A stretch of 64,000 bases of DNA, taken from Callorhinchus milii. Taxonomy: Eukaryota. The position numbers were made by a program, and so were the translations under genes. The notes under the pieces are model-generated. The model saw only the letters and a list, made by a program, of their open reading frames with translations, searched no databases and was not told the origin of the DNA. Shown here piece after piece: positions 35,201 through 47,671 of the stretch. Location: the NCBI RefSeq assembly GCF_018977255.1, contig NW_024704768.1, forward strand, positions 2,914,001-2,978,000. Direction: 5' to 3'. Each line of letters begins with the position of its first letter. The first letter of the stretch is position 1.

Positions 35201-36104
35201 ACTCAAACTTCTGCCAAATGCTGAGGGACTTGGCTGAAGAGCAGCAGTTTGACATCAGTTATTTGGACATCGGTAAGCAAGCTGTTTTTCAAAAAAAAGA
35301 GAAATCTATTTTGAATGGGATTTGTTTGGCAGTTTTCCTTGTACTTGAGCAGCTAAATTCACTGTTTAAGCAAGTCCTCTGGGTGTTGCTTTCTGCTGCA
35401 GTAATGATGTCCAGACTGTCCACAAAGACCCAGCAGCTGAACCATGTGGAAGATTAGTGATAATTGTATTTAGAAGTACTTCATTGTATTCCGTACAAGT
35501 ATTTAACTGTATTTGGATGTCCAGAGGATCAGTGTGCGTGAGTGAGTGCCATCATTTTCATGGCAGATAACGATATGTGGGCTTTGCTTGGTGCTACATG
35601 TTCCGTAACGGGGATGGAGTGACGAGAGGTTTCTTCAGGCAATAGTAAACTGTTTGTGAGGAATTTTCTGGGGGTAATAATCCCTTCAAAAATAATAATA
35701 GTCATTTTGTCACTCAATCCACACCTGTTTTGGAACACTGTTGTGCGCAATTGGCTGCCTGCGTTTCACTGTCAATTCATTTTCCAATATTCTGTGAGGC
35801 GCTTTGAGACGTCTCAACGATGTGATAAGGCGCTGTATCAAATGCAAGGATGATGATTATTATTGTAAGTTTAGATGACGTGATTTATCTTGGCTCGTCC
35901 ATCGTCGCAGCAGTATTTTATCGGCTCATCTTATTTTATCTTTCAGAGGAGCTGAGCTTGAGTGGCCTGTATCAATGTTTAGTGGAGTTGTCAACTCAGC
36001 CGAGCACCGTCTGCCATGGCTCGGCCTCCACCAGAGACGCAGCTCACGCCAACGCAGCTCACAACGCACTCCAGTATCTCAAGATAATGGCTGGCGGAAA
36101 ATGA
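29243..36104 (+). CDS. TARBP2: RISC-loading complex subunit TARBP2 (TRBP), three dsRNA-binding domains
   Basis: Exons: 29243-29295 ([17 protein letters not shown]), 31048-31217 ([53 protein letters not shown]), 32351-32453 ([18 protein letters not shown]), [linker exon uncertain], 33393-33465 (ECNPVGALQ), 33797-33914 ([13 protein letters not shown]), 34481-34608 ([18 protein letters not shown]), 35080-35272 ([15 protein letters not shown]), 35947-36104 ([22 protein letters not shown]). 331 aa in frame without a linker exon. The [22 protein letters not shown] start matches TARBP2 rather than PRKRA. Confidence 0.96.
29320..29580. repeat. C-rich minisatellite CTCCCCCTGAACCCCC (G-quadruplex-prone on the minus strand)
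   Basis: Directly visible just after the first TARBP2 donor. Confidence 0.9.
30640..30845 (+). mobile_element. Old DeuSINE fragment (Deu domain)
   Basis: gagacgttaaaccgag..caggtggatgtgaaagatcccgtgacactcttcgaaaagag..tggtgtcctggcc..ttgctgtttgtgggacattgctgtgcacaaattg matches my recollection of the AmnSINE1/SacSINE1 Deu domain. Confidence 0.7.
33183..33258 (+). CDS. TARBP2: Possible TARBP2 linker exon between dsRBD1 and dsRBD2
   Basis: Open frame ([25 protein letters not shown]) ending at a phase-2 donor ag|gtactt that fits the next exon. The obvious acceptors are phase 1 or 0 and do not fit the phase-2 donor at 32453. Confidence 0.35.
34685..34880 (-). mobile_element. CR1 LINE 3' fragment
   Basis: Minus frame [34 protein letters not shown] plus the ttctatg tail. 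Confidence 0.8.
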
Positions 36105-37019
36105 TCCCAAAGGACAGAGCTACCAAGCATTCTTGACTGACCAGCACTGTTTATTCCAAAATGAACTGCGTTTTTAAACCAACAACTTGAATGAACTTCA
36201 CACAAGACTTACACTTGACGGAAAGTCAAGGTCTCTAGCTGCTCAGTATGCTTTGAAGGTGCCTTTTTAGTTATTTTGGGGGAAGGGGAGGGGGCGTGGG
36301 GCGGGGTAGTATGATGGTTTATTTAAGGATCCCTCCCGCTGCTAAACATAGCAAATGGACTGATGTATGTAAATGGTGGCTCGTTTCATTGCAAAGCGCC
36401 CGTGGTCCAAATCAGCCACGCAACAGCAAAAGGAATTTCACCCACATGTGGTTTTTAAAACTTGTTGGCTAACCCATATCTTTCGCTGGATGGCGAACTT
36501 GACATTGATCCTGAGATTCTTTCCCTGGAGAGAATTGAGCATTGTACTGTTTTGTTTTAAGCCCTATCTCCGAAGTGGGGAATGCTGCAGCGGAGATCAA
36601 GTGCTAATGGCACAAGCGGTAATTTTCCTTGATCCTCGGAAAACGTAAATCACAGAGTCTGAGCCATCGTTCTATGGTGTATGACTGCTTATCCAAGGGA
36701 ACACGGAGCTTCCTCTGTGTATTTGATGTGTAGGATTTCAACATGAGGGTTGCGAGTTGATGTGGCGCAAGTAGCGGTGGACTGGCTCGGGGTTGTGAGG
36801 TAAAATAGGAGTACTTGAGGGTACTGATTCTTGTCAGAAAACAACCGTGCGTTTAAAATCTTTGCCGGGGCTTAAATGGACCTTCCCAATTTCCCATATA
36901 GCCAGTCCTCCCCTGGGCACATGGGTGGGTGTTTGCCCCTCTTGGTAGAGCTAAGCGCAACTTCCCTTTGAGCAAAGTTCCTGGCCTGGTTGTTCAATCG
37001 ACAGTGAGGTACTGAGTGA

Positions 37020-37320
37020 ATATTCAACAACCACAACCAATGATGTTTGGTTCACACAGCGCCTTTCACGTCAGGGGGACGTCCAAATGCGCAGGACAGT
37101 CAGGGATCCGCACCCGAGCTGGTGGTTGGAATCAGGAAGGGTGGAGGTCGGGGAGGGGTAGGAGAGCGACCAAAGGCACAGTCAAAGGGGTAGGTCTTAA
37201 GACGGGTCTTGAAGAAGGGAAGGGGGCGAGGCGGAGGGGCTGGGATGGAGTTCCAGAGGGTAGGGGGCAGAGAGGCTGAGGCCCGCCTACTAATGGTGGG
37301 GTGGGCAAGGCGGGGGACAC
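37020..37320 (-). mobile_element. L2 LINE 3' fragment
   Basis: Minus frame [22 protein letters not shown] plus the tail gacgtgaaaggcgctg. Confidence 0.75.
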
Positions 37321-40300
37321 GAATCATCTCTTTTTAGTCTTCCCCCACTCCCCCTACAAAGCAAAGAATCCTAAGCCAGTTTAAAGGGAGCGCTTTGTTC
37401 GGTTGCAGAAAACAATTAAGTCGGTCGGTCGCTCAACCTGCCTCGCAACAGGGACGGGTGAGTAGGAAACTTTTTTTTTTAACAAAAAGCGGAAACGGAC
37501 GTGGGGATAGCTAATGAGGAGTGAGGATTTTTTTAAAATAAATTTCTGCCATGAATTGAACAACTTGGTATTTCAAGCAGGTTACCGATTGTATCAAATA
37601 ACAATAATGAGCCTTACAGGACCAGAACTGACTTGAGTTATCAGAATAGTCTTGTCTTTTACCCAATTCACTTAACAGTTTGACAGTGTATTTGTCTCCC
37701 ATAATTGCAAGTCTTGTTTTCAAATGCGCGCTTGATAAAAACCGCTCTATTTACAACTCTTGACTTAAAGAAAACCCATTGCTCTGCGTTTCCCGCCCCT
37801 TCCCATCATGGCTTTTTCTATACCTCTTACAGATAGCTTTCCAAAGAAGAATCGCTTCCTTTGGCCTGACCTCTCTCTGCCGTGAACTGCCACACACTAT
37901 GTTCTCCCAACAGTAAATCAAGTCTTAAGTGAGAGCCCAAAGTAGCAACAGATCGTCCCAAATCCTTGAATGAACCCGTGAACTTGCAGCACGCAGTTAA
38001 AATGGAGAGGTCAAAGGAAATATTTTATTTTAAATCAAAATGACTTCACAGTCTAGTTTGTAAGCATTGTTTTTAGTGTTGAATACTGTGTATATAATTT
38101 CTTGATTTTACCCTTTGAGTGCAGAAGTACGTCTGCGTTGTGCAGTATTTTTCAAGCCTTTTATTTATGACCCGATGAATTGGAGTGATAAATGGTACAA
38201 AGTATCCCCCACTGTGGGGAAAGTGCAGTTTTTTTTAAAAATAATAATAATGTAAATGATCAATTTCTTAAAGGTCTTCTGGAAATGTGCTTCAGTGCTT
38301 TGTTCTATAGAGTAGTGGTTCGTTTAGAGGCTGGCTGAAGGTAATAAATAGCATGAAATGGGCATCACGGCTATGTGTCTGCTCATTAGAAGGGAAAGCA
38401 GGAGGTGTGACTGATCTTTCTAATTTGCGAGTGTGTTTATTGCAGATGGCGATGACACAACAACATAAACCATTCCCCCAACATGGTGCACCAGCCCTCA
38501 AACTGGGCTGGCAGATCAGGGGAAAGCTAAATCTTTCCGCAGAAACAAACCACAAAAACTCGCGCTCCACTTTGTTTTGACGAGTTGCAGCACTGATAGT
38601 TTCAGATAGTTTCGCCTACGAAACGTACAGTCCGTTCACTTTACAGTATAGTCCGTGAAGCGCTTTGAGAAGTCTCGAAGACGTACCAAATGCAAGGTTT
38701 ATTGTTGTTATAGATCCTTCCAAACTGCTGTAAGAAATTCGTGCTGCAAATGAAGCTGGTACTTGCCGGCCAGGCGATTTGCTTGCAGAGGAAAAGGTGA
38801 AAGCGATTTCCTTGAATTAACTTGCAGGACGAATGTATTACTTGGGAGAGCGATCATTTTGCTTTCGGACAAAGTGTGTCACGCGCTGGGACCTTCCGAA
38901 TAAGTCGAGCAACATGTTTTTAGTAATTTGCGTAGATTTTTTTTTTTTCTTAGTCGCCAAAGGATTTCCGTTTGCAGCGCTCTTGTTTCTGCTCGGGAAG
39001 GGTGGAGCCTGGCATTTGATTAAATTTTCCTATTAAATTTGAGCATCGCGGTTTTAAAGTGGGGAGCGATCATTTTTAAGACTGTTCGTTTCCCTTTCTC
39101 CTTTGCGTACTCTCTCCACGGTTGTTCACTTGGCTGCTAATTGATAAAAGCGTGTCATGGTCGAGGTCCTCCATGCTTAAAATTCTAAAAGGTTGAATGT
39201 TTTATCAAGGTTTATCAAGGTATATTTGTAATGAAATATTGCAGAGCATTGCGAAGGCTGCAAACCTCCCTGACTTTTTTTCCCCTCATTGTTTGGGGGT
39301 TTGATTTGAAATTAAGTTTTTACGAAGGTGTATTTATATTAAAATGATCACGTGTAACATGCAGTTGTGAAGATCGGTCTGACGGGTACTCTCCTGGTTG
39401 AGTGTAAAGTGCCCTGAACACATTGTCCATTTGTATCTGTTTACTACAATAAAAATAAAATTGAGATTATTAAGGTGTGCAGTATTTTTCAGGGGCGGGG
39501 AATACTGTAAATCGTCAATTTTCAATAAGATGTGACAAAATTGAGTGCGTTTTGCATGGTTTCATTAATTAAACAGAAATAGAAAGAAAATAGGTTTTAT
39601 GAAACGGCTTAGTTGTGAACCAGTAAAGTCCCAAAAACTATCATGAGCTTAAAGGAACAGTTAATCGACCAGGACACTGGAAGAAACTTTTCGGTTTTTA
39701 AATTCATGGGATATTTTAATATGTATTTCACCCACAAATTATGCAGTGAATTCACTTTACGGTATATTCTGTGAAATGCTTCGAGACGTCTCAAAGACGT
39801 GCAAAGGTTATCAAATTAATCAATGGAATGGTTTAATTCTAGATCATCTGATATTGTACTTTTAGAGGTGATGGCAGCTGTTTTGTGTACTGTAATTTTT
39901 GCTTTCAATTAACTTTAAATCTGTTAAGCGTCTTATGCAGTCTCTTGTGTGCAAGGTAAATGGAATCTTTAATTGGCTCCATAAAGTTTTAATTCAGTTT
40001 GCTAGGAAGTTGTGAGTGCATTTAGGGGCTTCTTTAGACGATTGCCACAGCATTGATTCCTTTTTAAAGTTCCTCCGGGAGAGGTTGAAGGTAATAAATA
40101 GCGCAGTTAATGCATCTCTTTATTCTGTGAAAATGTAGGCTAAATAATCTGTCTGATTCCCAGGAGATCTTTAGACAAAGGTTTCCAATTTGAAAGAGTG
40201 AAATTTTGCTCATAACTTCTACCCAACAAGGATTTGATCTGCTCGCGGAGATTAGAAAACATAGTAACGTTTGGCTAACCCTTTACGGGGCTCAAAACAT

Positions 40301-41304
40301 GTTTTGCTGGGGAGAAAAAATTAAATAAAAATAATAATGATTTGTTCATTCACTCCACGACTGTTCGCGGGACACTGCTGTGCGCAATCGGTTGCGCAGT
40401 CAATCCACTTTACAGTATATCCTGTGAAGCGCTTTGAGACGTCTCGAAGATGTAATGAGGCGCTATATCAAATGCAAGAGTTATTATTGTATAACAGACT
40501 AGCGGAATAGTTACCAGCCAAGGCAACATTGAGTGATTGTTATAAATGAGTAATGAGGTGTGTTTTTGGAGTGAGTAAGATGGACGCAGTGGTGAATTAT
40601 TGAGCCAAATTTCTCCTTTGTCTGTTCGGAGACATAGCCTCACTCCGATTCCCAAACTTCAAGGATCTGAATTCAGAAAAAGGCTTTGCTCCCTCTGCTC
40701 GGGGTCGCTGTCGAAATTTTTTAACGATTGCTAAATTAAGGAGAGGCTTGTGTTTTCGCCCGCGAATCTTTCGCCGTCTTACCTTGCTGCTGGAAATGAC
40801 GTTAACTTTTCTTTATTGGTCCTGTCGCAGGTTGAGCCGCCGCAGGAAACCTTTGCCCATCAATAATCAGTCAGGCAGATTGTTTGCCTCGGCCTCAGAT
40901 TTATTAATGCAATAAATAGTGATTTAACAACCACTCCAGAATGAATAATTCAGTCCCGCTCCCGGCTAGGCTGTATCCTTGGACGAACAAGAATGACACT
41001 GCTATAAATTCTTACTTTTCTTATCTATCTTGCTTGGTTTGAAAGACTATTCTCGTTTTTCAGTCTCATCCTCAAACTCTTAGGGGGAAAAAAAAACGTA
41101 AGCTGCATTGCCCTCTGCGTTATCTTACCAAAAATAATCCTCGAAATCTGCGGAACACTACTTCAGTGGGCGAGTAGCAAACGTATGAGCCGATGGAAAC
41201 AGAAAATGTTTGTTTCAAGAACACATTGGAAAGATTTCTCTTAGGAAATAATATCTCGGGATACAGTATGTAGTTTGGCTTTGGCTTGCAGGGTTAATAA
41301 GAGT

Positions 41305-41865
41305 GATTTCATCCGCAGACATGGGGTCAACTTCCACATGTACGTGGATGACGCCCAACTCTACCTCCACTCTCGACTCCAGGACCACTGCTGTCCTGAC
41401 AGAATATCTGTCAGACATCAAGTCCTGGATGAGAGTTAACTTTCTTCAGTTGAACGTCAACAAGTCCGAGGCTCTCCTGATTGTTTCCCGTCAGCGCTTC
41501 CTCACCTCAGGCGCTGACAGCAAACCATCCATGGTTGCACACTCCACCTTGCTAAGCCGGTCCGGACCCTCGGGGTCTTGTTTGACCCTCAACTATCCTT
41601 TCTACCCCACATCTGCGCCATGACCCGCTCTGCTGCACCAGGCTCCGTGACCCTATCACCCCATCCCCGCCCGACTCCACTGGCTTCCCATCACACAGAG
41701 GATACAGTTCAAGATCCTGGTCCTCGCCTTCAAAGCCCTCCTTGGCCTTGTCCCCCCTAACTGTCCAACCTCCTAACCCTCTACCATTCTGTTCGCTCCC
41801 TCTGCTCAGTGGGCTCTGGTCTGCTTCACGTGACCCGCGTCGCTCGGCCCACTATTGGCAGTGGA
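41305..41865 (+). mobile_element. Decayed L2 reverse-transcriptase fragment
   Basis: RHGVNFHMYVDDAQLY (YxDD motif), then frameshifted LSDIKSWMRVNFLQLNVNKSEALLI, LGVLFDPQLSF and LHWLPI..RIQFKILVLAFKAL. Confidence 0.85.
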
Positions 41866-42896
41866 CGAACCCAAGTCTCTCACGAGACGAGTGCTGTATC
41901 CACTGAACTACAGGTACCCACGGAGTTCAGTATGGAAGTGACATCTTCTTAGACGACCAAGCCTTAACGGAAGCCATAACCACACAGAGAGGCAGGTAGG
42001 TGTGCTACTAGCTGAGCCAAGCTGAAACCGCAAGAGATGGGAGTCTTCGTACAAGTTGATGGCAAACTAAAGATTAAATTGTGAGTATTGATGCTGTCAT
42101 CAACGACTGTGTGTGTGTGTGTGTGTTTTAGTATTGAAGCTATTATTATTTTCAATAAGTCTCTTTGGAGAATCATTTGCTGGGAATGAGATAATTAATA
42201 ATAATAATAATAATCCTAGCATTTGATGTAGCCCCTTATCACGTAGTTGAGACATCTCAAAGTGCTACAAAGAATACACTGTAAAATGAATTAGCTGTGG
42301 GTGAAGCAGTCCCTTTTTCTAAAGGATTGTTATCCCCTGAGCCGAAGGGTTAGATCAGAAGGGGTGGAGGGCAAGAGTGGAAGGGGTAGGAGGTTGACCG
42401 AAGGCACGGTCGAAGAGGAGAGTCTTGAGAGGTCAGCCTAGACTACGAGCTGAAAGTCCCCATGTGGGGCTTGAACCCACAACCTCCTGAGGACTGAGCC
42501 CAGACCGACACCTCTTTCCGTTTACTGTAATAATAATAATAATAATCCTTGCATTTGATATAGCATCTCAAAGCGCTTATGGTGCTGCAATAAGGCCTCA
42601 GGAGTGAAACGGTTACGATACTGTTCTTACTTCCAGAGGAAATCGAGCGACAATTGCGTAAATTTTAAACTTTATTTTAATTCTTAGTGAAGACATACTG
42701 TAAATGTGACGAATGAATGAAACGGTTTCGTTGATTTTCTTTTCTCTCAAGAAGAAAGAAGAAAGAAAGAAAGACCTAAAATATTTTTCTTTTAATCGGG
42801 ACTTCTCGGAAACGCAGCCCCTGCCGGCTATCGGAAGGATGTCGGGCAAACTCGCCTTCGTCAAGTCGGGCAAACTCGCTGCCGCTTCCAGTTCCA

Positions 42897-44810
42897 TTAC
42901 TTTTTCTTCCCGAATCGCTGCGGAATGGCCATCTTCCAAAACTGCGGTGGAATTGTATCCTGGGTACGCGATTGCATCTGAACATTTGCCCCGTGGTCCG
43001 CAGGTATTCGGTTTTCACGGCCAAACCTAAGGGGAAGGGAAAAGGATATTCACTTAATAAATAATAATAATACTTGCATTTGTTACAGCGCCTTATCAAG
43101 TCGTCGAGACGTCTCAAAGCGCTTCACGGAATATACTGTAAAGTGTAGTGACGAGTATTTTGTGGGCGAAACGCGGCAGCCAATTGCGCACAGCAGCGTC
43201 CCACAAACAGTCGTGGATTGAGTGACTAAATTATGATTTTTTTTTTAAAAGGGATTGTTACCCCCGGAAAGTGATCCGCCATTCGACTAACAGCCGGCTT
43301 GCTACTGACTGCAAGGTAAACAGAGTCGTGTGTGTGTGTGTGTGTACGTGTGTGGAGTAAGGAAACTTGTGTAAGGTTCTGCCCCGACCGGGAATCGAAC
43401 CCGGGTCCTCTCGCTTGCGAGGCGAGTGCTCTAACCTGTACGCTGCAGGACTCCACATATAGCAGGTAACGAGACAAAAAAATAAATGGAGCTGTTAGAA
43501 GGAAGCCAAGGTCCAAAAATAAGAGACCATATAAATAATACGACTGTAACTTTCTCCCCAAAACAGTACAACAACAACAAATTATACTCGTATAGTGCCG
43601 TTCAGGTTGGAAAGACGTCCCAGGGCGCTGGACAGTCCGGGGTTTTTGGATCGGTTGGGGTCAGGAGGGGTGGAGGGCAGGAGGGGTGGGGGTGGGAGAT
43701 TGGCCGAAGGCACGGTCGAAGAGGAAAGTCTTTAGGAGAAGGAGGCAAGAGATGGGGGGGTGGTGAGGCGGAGGGATTGCGGGAGAGAGTTCCAGAGCGT
43801 GGGGGCAGAGATGCTGAATGCCCCAACCGTCAATGTTGGGGCGGGAAATGCGGGGGACCTGAAGCAGGCCGGTGTCTGTCGAGCGGGGGGAGCGGACAGG
43901 CTGATACGGGGGTTAGGAGGTCGGAGAGGTAGTGGGGGAGCAGAGCCGTAGAGGGCTTCGAAGGCGAAGTAGAACTGAAGCGACAGACGACGGGAACCTG
44001 GACCAGTTTGCTGAACGCGACTTACCTCTGCGGCTGAAACACAAAGGAGGGGCTCCTTCCAAATCGCTGTGGTGAGTGCATGACGGACCTCATCAGTGAG
44101 TCGAGTAGTCGATCATCTGCCAGCCCTCTCACATTTTGTTCCTCCCCGTCCTGTCGACAGGTGAGCGTCAGCATTCACGCAGCAAAGTTGCCACCTAACC
44201 TGTACCTTTGCTTCTTTAGTTTAAACGTAAGAGAGTTGCAGGTTGCGCAACGATAGTCCTCGCATTTGATACCGCCTCTTTGCGGCGCCTCAAAGCGCTT
44301 CGCGGAACCTACTGTGAAGTGGAGTGACTGTACGTTTTGCGGGAGAAAGGCGGCAGCCAATTGCGCGCAGCAGCGTCCCCACGAACACTCGTGGATTGAG
44401 TGACTAAATTATTTTTATTTTATTTTTGGAAGGGTTCATTAACCCCGGAAAAGCGATCGGCCAATCGACTAAACAACCAGGTTCCTACTTACCACTGGGT
44501 AACCAGAAGCGTGTGCGTGTGTGGAGTAAGGAAACTTGCCCAACATTTCGCCCTGACCTGACCCGACCGGGAATCGAACCCGGGTTCCTCTCGCTTGCGA
44601 GGCGAGAGCGCTCTAACCACCGAGCTACAGGGACTCCACCGTAAATGTAAACGAGAGCGATTCGGTGAAACTTACCACCGCGGACAGAAGTCTTTCCGCG
44701 ACGCTCTGGGGCAGGTAAAGTGCTTCTGCCGTCCCCTCCTTGGTGCCGGTTGCCCTCCTGGTGCAGCCAGCCGCTAGGAACAAGACAGCGAGGAGAGCCC
44801 GGGCGTACAT
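42897..44810 (-). CDS. NPFF: Pro-FMRFamide-related neuropeptide FF precursor (NPFF/NPAF), 129 aa, 3 exons
   Basis: Exons 44810-44676 ([29 protein letters not shown]; signal peptide), 44150-44026 ([42 protein letters not shown]) and 43026-42897 ([42 protein letters not shown]). All introns GT-AG and in phase. AATAAA on the minus strand at 42671-42676. Tail-to-tail with TARBP2, as in human. Confidence 0.95.
43058..43455 (-). mobile_element. Full-length tRNA-derived SINE in NPFF intron 2
   Basis: Complete head, body and tail on the minus strand; close to the apparent family consensus. Confidence 0.88.
43568..43960 (-). mobile_element. L2 LINE 3' fragment in NPFF intron 2
   Basis: Reverse of ctctgcccccacgctctggaactctctccc..aagactttcctcttcgaccgtgccttcgg..cagcgccctgggacgtc, with a (ttg)n tail. 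Confidence 0.75.
44250..44638 (-). mobile_element. Full-length tRNA-derived SINE in NPFF intron 1
   Basis: Head, body and tail on the minus strand. Confidence 0.85.
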
Positions 44811-44889
44811 GGGTGCAGACGAGCTGAGCTCAGAGCTGAGACACCGAGAAAAACCGCAGGAGTCTGTCTAACGCCGTTCTGGTACGGCC

Positions 44890-44902
44890 ACCTTTTAAAG
44901 CA
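44890..44902 (-). promoter_or_regulatory. TATA-like box of NPFF
   Basis: ctTTAAAAgg on the minus strand (44893-44899), about 85 nt upstream of the ATG. Confidence 0.45.
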
Positions 44903-46694
44903 TTCCCGCCCGAATGCTGCTGGGAAACGGTAAGCGATTTAGCAAAGACGTGTTTAATGCCCGAAAGCTCTTTTTTTTTTTTTTTTTTTGCTCTGCGTTT
45001 AGGGAAATGACATAAAAGCCAGCCCAAAGGATAGGAAGCGCTGGAAGCTGGCAGTCGTTAAGTGGTCCGAAAATTATTATTAGCGCTTTGGGATTGCTTT
45101 CTGGGAGTTTATTGATGCCTATTGTACTTCTGAGTCACACCTGTTTATTGTAATAATAATAATACTACTAAAAAAAGGATTTTTTTTTATCAGATAAATA
45201 AGTCCCCGGTTGCAAACACCCAGAGGCTCAGGAAATCAACTGTAATTAATCTGCTGCCACACATAGCCCCTTGTTGCGACAGAACAAAGTAAGTAAAAAT
45301 ATTCGCAAGAACTTTTAGCGTATGTCTTATTCACCTGTGAACGATTTACTGGAAAGCGCCTGCGGTAATGTAACGCAGATATTTCCTGCTCTGAAGGGAA
45401 GCAATTCAACCACTTGCATCTGTGCCAGCTCTAGCTGTTTTTTTTTCTTAATTGCTTGTTTTATTCATCCCGATTTATTAATCATTTGCAGTCTGCAAAA
45501 TGCTCCGTTCGTGGTTCGCTACCCCACCCCTCCCCACACACCCCACCCAACACACACACCCCTCTCCAACACACACACACACACACACACACACGCACTC
45601 ACTAGTCAGAGCCCAGTAAAAGCACATTTCACTAAAGGATGACTCAATTCACCAAAGGCCGAAAGAACACACATTAATCTTAAGTGCAACTGTCGTAATT
45701 AAATGCGTAATATTTGCCGAAACAATTCAATTCACCAGGGCAAGTTCTCTGAATCCATCAAATAACCATCGAAAAGTAAACCTAGATTTATAAACAGTTT
45801 AATTCTCGACTTCCAGAGCTCTTTGAGTGGACTTATGGAGTTGTATATTCGCTCGATCGCCATAGAGGTTTGGAAGAAGAGGCCCCGTTGGCCCATTTGA
45901 TCTCACACTTCGAATAAAATACACAGCTGTTGCTTTCCGGGGGCACACAAAAAAAATTTGGTCACTCAAACCACGACTGTACGTGGGACAATGCTCTCCG
46001 CAATTGGCTGCCGCATTGTGCCCACAAAATACAGAGTCAGTCGACTTTACAATATACTCTGTGATGTGCTTTGAGACGTCTGAACGATGTTATATCAAAA
46101 TGCGAGTATTATTGTTATAATCGGCGACGTTAAATGCATTCAAGGCTTGGATTAACAGTACTCGATTCTGTTTGGAGTGATGGTTTTATTCCCCCAGTAC
46201 TCACTCTTCCTAAAGGATTGATGAGTAACATAACATAATAAAGGATTGATAGTAATTAATAATTATTAATAGCAATACAACAACCACTTGCATTTATATA
46301 GCGCCTTTCGCGCAGGGTAATGTCCCTGAGCGCTTATAACAAAGTCACAACATCAAATACAAGGATTATGATCACTGTTATACAATTATTGTTATTGTTT
46401 AATTATAATTTTATTCATATTTTATTGTGATTATGTTATTATGATGATTATTGTATTCAAATTATATTATTCCATTGTTATTTTATTACATTGCTGATAT
46501 TATATCACTGTTCTATTATTTTATTGTTTTGTTATATCATTATATTGTTATTATTTTATTATATTATTGTATTGTTATTATTTTATTATATCATTGTATT
46601 GTTATTGTTTTATTATATTATATTATTATTATTATATTGCAGTACTGGGAGGGGTAGAAATCGAACCCATTCTCATTGCAGACACGACAGGTCA

Positions 46695-46885
46695 CTACTC
46701 CCAATCACTGCCTGTGGGGGCGCTGTAGGTTTGTGGGGGGGGAGTGGTTCAGGTGGAGACCATCCTGCCGCTGCTATGGTGCTCCTCTTTGGTTGGCGCC
46801 AGGGGGCGGGGCGGTTACCATAGCAACAGAAGACGCTAACAGAAGAGGAGGAAGTGTCCATCTGACTTGAGCTGACGGAGGGTGA
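46695..46885 (+). promoter_or_regulatory. CCDC65 promoter with RFX X-box and probable non-coding first exon
   Basis: CCAAT (46701), GC box (46803-46812), X-box GTTACCATAGCAAC (46814-46827), donor gg|gtgagc (46881/2), and acceptor at 48172 eleven nt before the ATG. Confidence 0.8.
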
Positions 46886-46909
46886 GCGACCTGGAGGGGT
46901 GGGGGGGGG

Positions 46910-47520
46910 GGAGAGGAGAGGGAGAGAAGAGGGATAGAGAGAGGGGAGGGATAGAGGGATAGAGAGAGGGGAGGGATAGAGGGATAGAGAGAGGGAGGGA
47001 TAGAGGGATAGAGAGAGTGGAGGGATAGAGAGAGGAGGAGGGATAGAGAGAGAGAGGAGGGATAGAGAGAGAGGAGGGATAGAGAGAGAAGAGGGATAGA
47101 GAGAGGGGAGGGATAGAGAGAGGGGAGGGATAGAGGGATAGAGAGAGAGGAGGGATAGAGGGATAGAGAGAGAGGAGGGATAGAGAGATAGAGAGAGGAG
47201 GGATAGAGAGGGGGGAGGGATGGAGGGAGAGGAGGGATAGAGAGAGAGGAGGGATAGAGAGAGAGGAGGGATAGAGAGAGAAGAGGGATAGAGAGAGAAG
47301 AGGGATAGAGAGAGGGATAGAGAGAGAAGAGGGGTAGAGGGATAGAGAGAGGGGAGGGCTAGAGAGAGGGATAGAAAGAGAAGAGGGATAGAGGGATAGA
47401 GAGAAGGGAGGGATAGAGAGAAGGGAGGGATAGAGAGAAGGGAGGGATAGAGAGAAGGAGGGATAGAGAGAAGGAGGGATAGAGAGAGTAGAGGGATAGA
47501 GGGAGTAGAGGGATAGAGAG
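46910..47520. repeat. Purine-rich GAGGGATAGA(GA)n satellite
   Basis: Directly visible. Confidence 0.95.
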
Positions 47521-47671
47521 ATCTTTTTGCCGAGGGAGGGGAATGGGTCGGGGGTGGGTGGGGGGGGGGTGAGCGGGTATGGGGGCTGGGGGGCGCGGCG
47601 TCAACTTGAAGCTGAACTGGAACAGCGGCATTATCAACGGCCAAACTGTGTGGGTTTAGCTGGTTAGACTC

